Assembly (NCBI GenBank): GCA_963835575.1
Contig: CAWIGG010000002.1
Span: 768,001 to 832,000, forward strand
DNA from: an uncultured Spirochaetota bacterium
Lineage (GTDB): Bacteria > Spirochaetota > Brevinematia > Brevinematales > JAOACQ01
Length of the DNA: 64,000 nt
Reading direction: 5' to 3'
Within the stretch, counting starts at the first letter, position 1, and every line of letters begins with the position of its first letter. The notes below the pieces were generated by a model. That model made no database searches. It saw nothing but the letters and a program-made list of their open reading frames with translations, and was not told where the DNA came from. The position numbers were made by a program, and so were the translations under genes. Below, one piece after another: positions 19,263 through 27,561 of this stretch.

Positions 19263-21491
19263 ATGCCGGACTTTTCGGAAGAGTTGATTAAGGACTTTTT
19301 AGATGAAGCGTTTGATCTTCTGGATAATATGGAGAAAAGCCTTTTGACTCTTGAAAAAAACACCAGCGATGATAAATCCATTAATGAAATATTCAGATGC
19401 GCTCATACCATCAAAGGCGGCGCCGGAACTGTCGGTTTTAATGAAATTCAGAAATTTACTCATACACTTGAGGATGTTTTTGAATTAATAAGGAAAAAAG
19501 AAATACCGCTCATATATGAGGACATTTCTCTTCTTTTACGGTCCAGGGATGAACTTGAAAAGATGCTGAACGCGAGAGCTGAAAAAGAAGTATATTTAAA
19601 TGACAGTACCGAGAATGTAAAAAAAGAGCTGATTGCCATAAAAGAATCGCGGGGCATGAAAAAAAAGCCGGAAGCGGTAAAAAGCGCGCCTTTGCCTGAG
19701 AAAGAAATAAAAGAAACAAAAAAATCCATTACTATTAATCCAAAAGAACTGATTGAAACCGCGGGAATTACCCATTATGATCTTTCACTGATCGCGGACC
19801 TGATGGGCCATGCTAAAAGTGTTTATGTATTAAAATATTATTTCAATAAAAATTATGAGATGAAAGAGGTTTCTTCCTTTCAAATTTATGCCCTCCTGAA
19901 TGATATTTCTGAAATAATAAAGATCCACCCGTCCATAGAGGAACTGGAGAAATCTTTTTATCAGGAAGTCCTTTTTATTATCAGCACCGATAAGAATGAA
20001 AACAGCATCAGGGACAAGACGAATTTGACTGAAATGGTCGAAACATTATCAATCATCAAAATAACCAGCGATATTGTTAAAAACCTGGAAAGCATGATGA
20101 TGGTTAAAAAACCGGCGGAAAAGGCGGGGGAAGAAGGCAAAAAAGAATTAAAAGAAGAAAAGGAAATCGATATACAGAAAAGAAATGTCGCGACGCTCAG
20201 GGTTGAAAGCTGGAAAATAGACGAGCTTCTTAACCTGATCGGTGAAATGGTCATAACAAAGGCGGCTTTTCTCCAGCTTGATAATGAATTTGATATATCC
20301 CTGACGGATATCAAATCAACGCTCAGGGAATTTATCAACGGCGTTCATAAGCTTAATCTTACGGGAGAAAGCGAAGTTGTCAGGGAAAAGAACTCCCTGC
20401 TGTTGAACGCTCTGGGCAGCCTTTTTAATTCTTATGAAGTATATACAGACAGCATTCAAAAACTGAATAGAATAGCGACATCCCTCCAGGAAAATGTGAT
20501 GAATATGAGGATGGTCCCTATTCAAATGGTCTTTTCGCGCTTTCCGCGGTTGATCCGCGATATGGCCGATAAGATGGGCAAAAAAATAGAACTGATCGGC
20601 GAAGGCGTGGAGACTGAAATCGATAAAGGTATGGTCGATGATATTTTTGACCCGCTGATCCATATTCTGCGTAATTCGGTGGACCATGGTATTGAATTGC
20701 CTGAAGACAGAATAAAGAAAGGGAAACCGGAAACGGGGAAGCTGGTCATGAAAGCGAATCATGAGGGAGACAGCATTGTAATAGAAATCAATGATGACGG
20801 GAACGGCATTGATGTTGATGCCATCAAGAAAAAAGCCGTGGAAAACGGTTTTATCTCTAAAGAAGCCGCTTCTAAACTTTCTCAGAAAGAAATGCTCGGG
20901 CTGATATATATTCCCGGCCTGTCAACGGCAAAGGAAATTACGGATATGTCCGGCCGGGGCGTCGGCATGGATGTTGTAAAACGAAAGATCGAGGAGATCG
21001 GCGGGAGCGTCGGCATCGCTACCGTCAAAGGCAAGGGGACCAGAATAGTTATCCGTCTTCCGCTGACGCTTGCCATTATCCAGGGCCTCTTGATCGTTGT
21101 CCATTCCATGTATTATGTCATACCGGTGGCTTCTGTTGAGGAAACAGTCATAATATTTTTCAAGGACCTCAAAGATATAAACGGAAGAATGGCTTTTGAA
21201 TTAAGAGGAAAATTCATTCCGGTTATGTCCCTTGAAAAGTATTTTTATCATAATGAACTGAAGCCGGATCCGGAAGGGAAAGCCTACTGCATAGTGTCAA
21301 AATACGGCGAAAATTATGTCGGCATACTGGTCAGCGAGGTTATAGGAGAGCAGGATATAGTCATAAAGTCCCTTAATACAAAGCTCATAAAAAGTCCCGG
21401 CATATCAGCCGCGACAATTATAGGAAATGGGGATATCGGTTATATTCTGGAAACCGCCCAGATCATCAGTCATCATTTTAAAGGCGATTGA
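19263..21491 (+). CDS. cheA: Chemotaxis histidine kinase
   Basis: Hpt IFRCAHTIKG, HILRNSVDHGIE, SGRGVGMDVV, C-terminal CheW-like domain. Confidence 0.97.
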   Translation: MPDFSEELIKDFLDEAFDLLDNMEKSLLTLEKNTSDDKSINEIFRCAHTIKGGAGTVGFNEIQKFTHTLEDVFELIRKKEIPLIYEDISLLLRSRDELEKMLNARAEKEVYLNDSTENVKKELIAIKESRGMKKKPEAVKSAPLPEKEIKETKKSITINPKELIETAGITHYDLSLIADLMGHAKSVYVLKYYFNKNYEMKEVSSFQIYALLNDISEIIKIHPSIEELEKSFYQEVLFIISTDKNENSIRDKTNLTEMVETLSIIKITSDIVKNLESMMMVKKPAEKAGEEGKKELKEEKEIDIQKRNVATLRVESWKIDELLNLIGEMVITKAAFLQLDNEFDISLTDIKSTLREFINGVHKLNLTGESEVVREKNSLLLNALGSLFNSYEVYTDSIQKLNRIATSLQENVMNMRMVPIQMVFSRFPRLIRDMADKMGKKIELIGEGVETEIDKGMVDDIFDPLIHILRNSVDHGIELPEDRIKKGKPETGKLVMKANHEGDSIVIEINDDGNGIDVDAIKKKAVENGFISKEAASKLSQKEMLGLIYIPGLSTAKEITDMSGRGVGMDVVKRKIEEIGGSVGIATVKGKGTRIVIRLPLTLAIIQGLLIVVHSMYYVIPVASVEETVIIFFKDLKDINGRMAFELRGKFIPVMSLEKYFYHNELKPDPEGKAYCIVSKYGENYVGILVSEVIGEQDIVIKSLNTKLIKSPGISAATIIGNGDIGYILETAQIISHHFKGD

Positions 21492-21524
21492 AGACCGTCC
21501 GGACTAAATTAAAGGAGGAGGATT

Positions 21525-22037
21525 TTGGAGGAAAAAATCCTGAATAAGAAAATCGAAGAGACAAAAAAAGAAAGAAAAGCGGAAGTATTGTTCCAGACCG
21601 TTTCTTTTAAGCTGGACCCTCATATTTACGCGATGGATGTGATGAGCATTCAGGAGATTATTTTCGCGCATAAAATTTATAAAGTCCCCAATACTGACGA
21701 AAAGCTGCTCGGCGTATTGAACCTGAGGGGAAATATTCTGCCGGTTTACAGCATTAAAATGATACTGGGAATGGAAGACACGGTTAAGAACCTTGATATT
21801 ATTGAGGATGAAGAAAAATTTATCATTATGATAAAAAGAGAGAAGGACATATTCGGGATTTTGATCGACGGAATATATAAAAATATAAACGCCACTGATG
21901 AAAATTACAGGACCGGTAAATTTATTCAAGACTGGTCGAAGAATTCGCTTTTTAAAGGCGTGGTTCTGGAAGGGAGCAAGGAAATTCTTGTCATTAATGT
22001 GGAGAGCCTTTTAAAGTATATTATTACATTGAAGTAA
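21525..22037 (+). CDS. cheW: Chemotaxis coupling protein
   Basis: VPNT...LLGVLNLRGNILPV; TTG start after GGAGGAGG. Confidence 0.93.
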   Translation: MEEKILNKKIEETKKERKAEVLFQTVSFKLDPHIYAMDVMSIQEIIFAHKIYKVPNTDEKLLGVLNLRGNILPVYSIKMILGMEDTVKNLDIIEDEEKFIIMIKREKDIFGILIDGIYKNINATDENYRTGKFIQDWSKNSLFKGVVLEGSKEILVINVESLLKYIITLK

Positions 22038-22050
22038 CAGGGAGGAATTC

Positions 22051-22512
22051 ATGCGGATAGAATATATCAACCCGTTTGTGGAAGCCTCATTTGACATATT
22101 AAATGAGGTCCTTCAAACTACAGTAAAAAGGGGCCAGCTTTATTTAAAAAAACTGGGCGAATCGATGAAGGGTGTGGCAGTTGTTGTCGGTGTGGTTGGT
22201 AAAATAAAAGGAAGGATTGTTTTTGACCTTTCCGAGGAAACCGCGCTTAAAATCGCATCAAAAATGAATAACGAGGAATTCAAGACCTTTAACGATATGG
22301 CAAGAAGCACAATAGCAGAGATTGCCAATATGATTACGGGACGCTCGGTCACAAAATTGGAAAAAGACAAGCTGAATTTCGCTTTTACCCCTCCCACTCT
22401 CATCACCGGCGAAAACCTGAATATTTATGAATATGCCGATATGGAAGCTTTGATCATTCCGATCGATACCGGTATGGGTGTGATTGAAATCAACATCGCT
22501 TTTAAAGAATAA
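22051..22512 (+). CDS. cheX: CheY-P phosphatase
   Basis: MRIEYINPFVEA, STIAEIANMITG, FTPPTLITG. Confidence 0.93.
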   Translation: MRIEYINPFVEASFDILNEVLQTTVKRGQLYLKKLGESMKGVAVVVGVVGKIKGRIVFDLSEETALKIASKMNNEEFKTFNDMARSTIAEIANMITGRSVTKLEKDKLNFAFTPPTLITGENLNIYEYADMEALIIPIDTGMGVIEINIAFKE

Positions 22513-22525
22513 AAGGAGGTCAGGC

Positions 22526-22948
22526 ATGCCTATCATTTATGATGAAAACGGTCTTCCAACAGGAAGAAAGGTCAATGGAGGAAATGTAAAAGTACTCGTC
22601 ATTGATGATTCACAGTTTATTATAAAACACCTCAGCCAGATATTTATGTCCCGGGATTTTGAGGTAATCGGCACCGCTGATAACGGTAAATCAGGCGTTG
22701 AGTTGTTTAAACAGCACCATGCCCAGACCGATCTGGTCACCCTGGACATTACCATGCCGGAGCTGGACGGGCTTGAAGCTTTGAAGCAGATAAAAGCGAT
22801 TGATGCGAACGCTGTTGTTATCATGGTTACCGCAATAGGCACGGCGGAAGCCGTCAAAGAGGCTATTAAACTCGGGGCAAAGGGCTATATTGTCAAGCCC
22901 CTGGACAGGGAAAAAGTAATAGAAAGAATAGGGCAGATCTTAAAATAA
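22526..22948 (+). CDS. cheY: Chemotaxis response regulator
   Basis: VLVIDDS, DLVTLDITMP, AKGYIVKP; ATG at 22526 after AAGGAGG. Confidence 0.93.
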   Translation: MPIIYDENGLPTGRKVNGGNVKVLVIDDSQFIIKHLSQIFMSRDFEVIGTADNGKSGVELFKQHHAQTDLVTLDITMPELDGLEALKQIKAIDANAVVIMVTAIGTAEAVKEAIKLGAKGYIVKPLDREKVIERIGQILK

Positions 22949-22971
22949 TGACCGGAGAGGATTTTTAAAAT

Positions 22972-23919
22972 ATGGGTTTGGTTATAGGTATTGATCTGGG
23001 CGGTACGGCGATAAAGGCCGGTTTGATTGATGAAAAGGGAACGGTCCGGAAATCCATGGAAGTCCCGACCGGAGTTGAAGCGAATTCCTGCCATGTTGTC
23101 ATGCAGAACATTAAAGACTGCGTATCGCATTTATTGAAAGAAAATAAGGGAAGCCATATAGACGTTGCCGGCGTCGGGGTCCCCGGTATTGTTCATGAAA
23201 ACGGCAATATCACTATTTTTTCCAATATCCGGGTTTTTGATGATTACCCGATGGGAGCTGAAATAGAAAAAGAATTTAAAATCCCGACTTTTGTTGATAA
23301 TGACGCTAATAATGCGGCGCGGGGCGAGTATGTTTTCGGCGCCGGAAAAGGGAAAAATAATTTTGTCCTCATAACGCTCGGGACAGGGATCGGCGGGGGC
23401 ATTTTTATCAACGGGGACATCTACAGCGGGGCGAACGGCTGCGCCGGCGAGATCGGGCATATGGTCATCGTTCCCGATGGAAAGCAGTGCGGATGCGGGA
23501 ATTTCGGGTGCTGGGAAGCTTACGGTTCGGCAAGCGCCATGGTAAAAAGGGCGAATTGCCTTGCCGGGCGGGGTTTAAAAACTTCCCTCATTAAATATTC
23601 CCCTGAAAAAATGGACGCAAAGGTCATTACTGCGGAAGCGGAGGCCGGCGACCCTGTAGCGCTTCAGGTTTTTGAAGAAAGCGCTTATTATATCGGACTG
23701 GGCCTGGCTAATATTATTAATAATTTTAATCCCGAGCTCTGTATTCTGGGAGGCGGATTATCGCATGCCGGCAGGTTTCTGCTGGATAAAGTGAAATTTT
23801 ACGCTATGCTGAATTCTGTACCGTCAGCCTGGAAGGGAGTGGAAATAACCGCCGCAAAATTGGGCAATAAAGCGGGAGTATTGGGCGCGGCGGCCCTTGC
23901 TTATATGAAAATAAAATAA
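22972..23919 (+). CDS. ROK family sugar kinase (glucokinase-like)
   Basis: GIDLGGT, DNDANNAARGE, GTGIGGG, GEIGH...CGCGNFGCWE. Confidence 0.93.
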   Translation: MGLVIGIDLGGTAIKAGLIDEKGTVRKSMEVPTGVEANSCHVVMQNIKDCVSHLLKENKGSHIDVAGVGVPGIVHENGNITIFSNIRVFDDYPMGAEIEKEFKIPTFVDNDANNAARGEYVFGAGKGKNNFVLITLGTGIGGGIFINGDIYSGANGCAGEIGHMVIVPDGKQCGCGNFGCWEAYGSASAMVKRANCLAGRGLKTSLIKYSPEKMDAKVITAEAEAGDPVALQVFEESAYYIGLGLANIINNFNPELCILGGGLSHAGRFLLDKVKFYAMLNSVPSAWKGVEITAAKLGNKAGVLGAAALAYMKIK

Positions 23920-23935
23920 GGAAAGCGGAAATCCG

Positions 23936-25069
23936 ATGAATAATGAAAAATTAGATTTTTTTAGAAAATTCATCCTGTTTTTTATATTTATAATAATTTA
24001 TGTCCGGGGTTATTCCGGTTTAATCATCAATTGCGAAGGATTGACATACGAGGAAACCCTTTCTTTTATTTCTTCAAATTCAAATCTGTCTCTGGAAGGA
24101 GTGATAATCGGAAGCCCTTTTAAGGGATATGATTATAAAAAGAAAGACGCAGTCAACTATGATTATTTTGATACCGGAACAAAGTTTCAGAGAGGTTCGC
24201 TGGAAACAGCGTCAGGTACAACCGCTTCTTTTACCAATCTTGTTCATGTTTTAAAAGAAAAAAAGATAGCGCTTTATTCCAAAATCAACCTGTTTGTACA
24301 GAAGGACGGTTTTAAAAGGGATTTCTGGAACAGCACTGATTTTACGTCCGACAGCTATCTTTATTCCGATTTGTATTATCTTAATATCGATAATAACAGC
24401 GCCAGAGCAAAATTGCAGAGTATAATTCAATTTATGCTGTCGCTTTCAATAGATAAATGGCTGGTTGATCTCAGAGATCTTCCCGGCAGCCTGGGAAAAG
24501 ACTATGGAGTATTTTTGAGAGGGAATTACGGAGATAAATTTCTTGTTCTTTCCGACAATATGAATGAAAATGAAACGAGAATAAGCGCGGATGATTACTA
24601 TTTTTTAAGAAATAATATATTCATACTACCGGTCCCTCAGCTGACAAAAGTGAATTCATTCCGGGCTCATTCCGGCTGGATCCATTATATTGACAGCGAA
24701 AGCCTTTCAATGAATAATTATGCCGCGGCCGCCTATTTGCTGTCGCAGAAACAGCGCGTCGTTATTCCTTATGCTATGATCAATACTTTAGGTTCGCGGA
24801 TTTTCCAGTTTTTTCTGCCGGCCGCTGATTTTAAAGTTAAAACCATTTCGGATGAAAAATTAGTCATTTATAATAAAGATAAACTGGCGGCTTTAAATTT
24901 TAATGACAATTTTTCCTTCTGGGAAACGGAAAATCTGCTGAATAAAAAAGGCTTTTTTAAAAGTGTTTTTGGAAGCTCCACTCTTTATCTTAAAGCAAAT
25001 AAAATGCGTTTTTTTATGTTTCCTGAATCGATCGCATTGTGGGATACAGGAATTTCTTCCGGTGAATAA
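23936..25069 (+). CDS. Exported protein with a degenerate GH13 alpha-amylase-like domain
   Basis: N-terminal hydrophobic segment; YDYFDTG..FQRG.LET..GT resembles the YDYFDLGE..QKG..ET.FG stretch of liquefying alpha-amylases. Confidence 0.5.
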   Translation: MNNEKLDFFRKFILFFIFIIIYVRGYSGLIINCEGLTYEETLSFISSNSNLSLEGVIIGSPFKGYDYKKKDAVNYDYFDTGTKFQRGSLETASGTTASFTNLVHVLKEKKIALYSKINLFVQKDGFKRDFWNSTDFTSDSYLYSDLYYLNIDNNSARAKLQSIIQFMLSLSIDKWLVDLRDLPGSLGKDYGVFLRGNYGDKFLVLSDNMNENETRISADDYYFLRNNIFILPVPQLTKVNSFRAHSGWIHYIDSESLSMNNYAAAAYLLSQKQRVVIPYAMINTLGSRIFQFFLPAADFKVKTISDEKLVIYNKDKLAALNFNDNFSFWETENLLNKKGFFKSVFGSSTLYLKANKMRFFMFPESIALWDTGISSGE

Positions 25070-25090
25070 ATTGGCAGGAGTATATTTGAA

Positions 25091-25912
25091 ATGTTGAGAA
25101 AATTTGTTTTTTCGTTCTTTTTTTTAATCCTTTTTTCCTGTTCTCAATATTACCGTTTTGATGAGCTGTATGATAAAGGGGAATTTATAAAGGCCTATCA
25201 TCTCCTGGATAATATCAGTAATAAGACGAATGCCCATTTTCAGAGAAGGTTTTACCGTGTAATTATTAAGCTTGCGCTGGACGGCGATTCGGATTTTATT
25301 GAGATGCTGAAAGGCATGGTGAGCAATCGTTCCCAGATAGAGATTAATCCTTATCTTTCTTTCGGCGGCGCATATCTGTCCTATCTGGCGGCAAAAGATT
25401 CCTCTGAATATCTTTCGGTAATATCAAATCTGCAGGACATAAAAAATGTTCCCGAAGAGTTTGTTGTATACGCTTATAAATTAAGAGGCATTTCACACTA
25501 TAAACTGGGTAATTATAATGAGGCGGTCGATGACCTTAATAAAAGCTATAGGATGATACCTTATGTGGATGATCTCTATTTTATCGGAAAATGTTTTTAC
25601 GGTCTCCAGGATAACAAACAGGCCTATTATTATTTCAGCAGGGTCGTACAGAGTACCCAGAACGGTTTTTTCCGGGGCCTCGCAAACTTTGAGATAGGCG
25701 AGATATTCTATTACGAGGCAAAATACGCTGAGGCGCTCGCTAAATATATTGAGGCTGTCAATTATTATTCCAAAAACGCTGATTGCACATATAAAATAGC
25801 GAAATGCCTGGAAAAGTTAAAATATAACCGTTTAAGTCCGAAGTTTTATAAGGCGTCTCTCAGAATACAGAAAGATTACGCGAGCGCATGGTTTTTTCTT
25901 AATATCAATTAA
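25091..25912 (+). CDS. TPR-repeat lipoprotein
   Basis: ILFSC lipobox; TPR-like helices (AYKLRGISHYKLGNYNEAVDDLNKS). Confidence 0.8.
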   Translation: MLRKFVFSFFFLILFSCSQYYRFDELYDKGEFIKAYHLLDNISNKTNAHFQRRFYRVIIKLALDGDSDFIEMLKGMVSNRSQIEINPYLSFGGAYLSYLAAKDSSEYLSVISNLQDIKNVPEEFVVYAYKLRGISHYKLGNYNEAVDDLNKSYRMIPYVDDLYFIGKCFYGLQDNKQAYYYFSRVVQSTQNGFFRGLANFEIGEIFYYEAKYAEALAKYIEAVNYYSKNADCTYKIAKCLEKLKYNRLSPKFYKASLRIQKDYASAWFFLNIN

Positions 25913-25916
25913 AAAA

Positions 25917-26933
25917 ATGGAGAGGCTCATGCAGTCAAAGAAATATAATTACCTTGTCGCCGATGATGAATTTCCGGTGCAGAAGATCATCTGCGATATT
26001 CTTGCCATCCATCCCAATACAATCTCAATTTATACGGCGAATGACGGAGAAAAAGCTTTTCAGCTCTATCTGTCAAATGATATCGATATTGTGATTACCG
26101 ATGTGCTTATGCCGAGGCTATCAGGCCTGGACCTGATAAAAAAGATCAAAGAAACAAATCCTGAGGCCAGCATCATTGTTGTTTCGGCTTCCAGCAACCT
26201 GGATATAGTCCGTGAGGCGCTGAGGAACGGGGCTTATGATTATATCATCAAGCCGTTTTCTGTTGACGATATCATGTTTTCAATAAACCGCATCATTGAA
26301 AGGCTTAAATTGATTGAGGAAAAAAAGAATTACCTTATTTCCCTGGAAGAAGAGATCGCCGAAGTCACAAAAAGGCTCCAGTCTTCTTTTTTTGATTCTT
26401 TAAGACTGATCATTAACAGTCTTGAATTAAAGGATAAAACAATGTCCTCTCATTCAAAGAATGTGGCGAAATATTCGGAAAAGCTGGCCCTTGTTCTTAA
26501 TATTGAACAGGAAAGGGTTGAAAATATTAAAATCGGCGGATTTCTTCATGATATAGGTAAAATCGGCATTCCTGACAACATCCTCTCCAAGCCTTCGTTT
26601 CTGGACCTGGATGAATTCGGGCTGATAAAAAATCATACCGTTTTAGGAAAGAAAATTGTTGAGCCGATGATTAATAGGGAGGATGATATACTGCATTTTA
26701 TCTATTATCATCATGAGAGATATGACGGGAAGGGTTATCCGGAAGGCTTGAAAGGCGAAGAGATTCCTCAGGTTGCCAGGATCGCGGCGATAGCAAATGC
26801 TTATGACGCGATGACTTCGGACAGGCCTTATAAAAAGGCAAAGAGTAAAAAAGAAGCTCTTGTTGAATTAAAAGCAAACAGCGGACTGCAGTTTGACCCG
26901 GAAATGGTAAAGAGGTTTATAACTTTATTGTAA
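25917..26933 (+). CDS. Response regulator with HD-GYP phosphodiesterase domain (RpfG-like)
   Basis: Receiver domain; LHDIGKIG; HHERYDGKGYP.GL.GEEIP. Confidence 0.93.
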   Translation: MERLMQSKKYNYLVADDEFPVQKIICDILAIHPNTISIYTANDGEKAFQLYLSNDIDIVITDVLMPRLSGLDLIKKIKETNPEASIIVVSASSNLDIVREALRNGAYDYIIKPFSVDDIMFSINRIIERLKLIEEKKNYLISLEEEIAEVTKRLQSSFFDSLRLIINSLELKDKTMSSHSKNVAKYSEKLALVLNIEQERVENIKIGGFLHDIGKIGIPDNILSKPSFLDLDEFGLIKNHTVLGKKIVEPMINREDDILHFIYYHHERYDGKGYPEGLKGEEIPQVARIAAIANAYDAMTSDRPYKKAKSKKEALVELKANSGLQFDPEMVKRFITLL

Positions 26934-26988
26934 ACGTTAAGAATCGCACCGCTTTCCGGAGACTGCTAAAAAATGATTAGAGGTTCAA

Positions 26989-27558
26989 ATGAATAGAGTT
27001 GTTAACAGGGCACTTGTCTTTTTCTTCTTGCTGACTTTTTCATGTACTCAGGAACAGCAGAAAATAGTAAAATCCGCGCATGATTATCAGGTTTCGACGC
27101 TGATTTTCGGCGTAGGTTATGATCAGAGCAAAGCCGAAAGCGACCTGAACTCGGTTTTTTACGCTTATAAACAGGGGGTCTTATTTCAATACTCAAAGAT
27201 TGATTTAAAACTGAAGCTTGATTATTCAAATAAACCTCAATTATTGACAATAGAAGATTTGACAAAAGCCAATATGAAAAAGATAATGGATCATTTTTAT
27301 GTCGATGAATTGCCGTATTCTTCCGTCATAAAAATCCAGGGCAGTTCAGAAAAGGAAATATCTACTTCACTTAATATTTCCAAACCTTTCAGTTATTTGT
27401 CTCGGCTTTTGGCTAAGGGAATTGATGAGGCAAATGGGAATAGCGTGAAAAAAATCAAAAGGGGATATGTTTATATTCTATCTCTTAATTATGAGAAGAA
27501 TGCTGATCAATCGCTGACTATCAACGCGGATCTCCTTTTAACAGAAGAGGTTGAATAG
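26989..27558 (+). CDS. Hypothetical lipoprotein
   Basis: LLTFSC lipobox after a short basic N-terminus. Confidence 0.7.
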   Translation: MNRVVNRALVFFFLLTFSCTQEQQKIVKSAHDYQVSTLIFGVGYDQSKAESDLNSVFYAYKQGVLFQYSKIDLKLKLDYSNKPQLLTIEDLTKANMKKIMDHFYVDELPYSSVIKIQGSSEKEISTSLNISKPFSYLSRLLAKGIDEANGNSVKKIKRGYVYILSLNYEKNADQSLTINADLLLTEEVE

Positions 27559-27561
27559 AGG

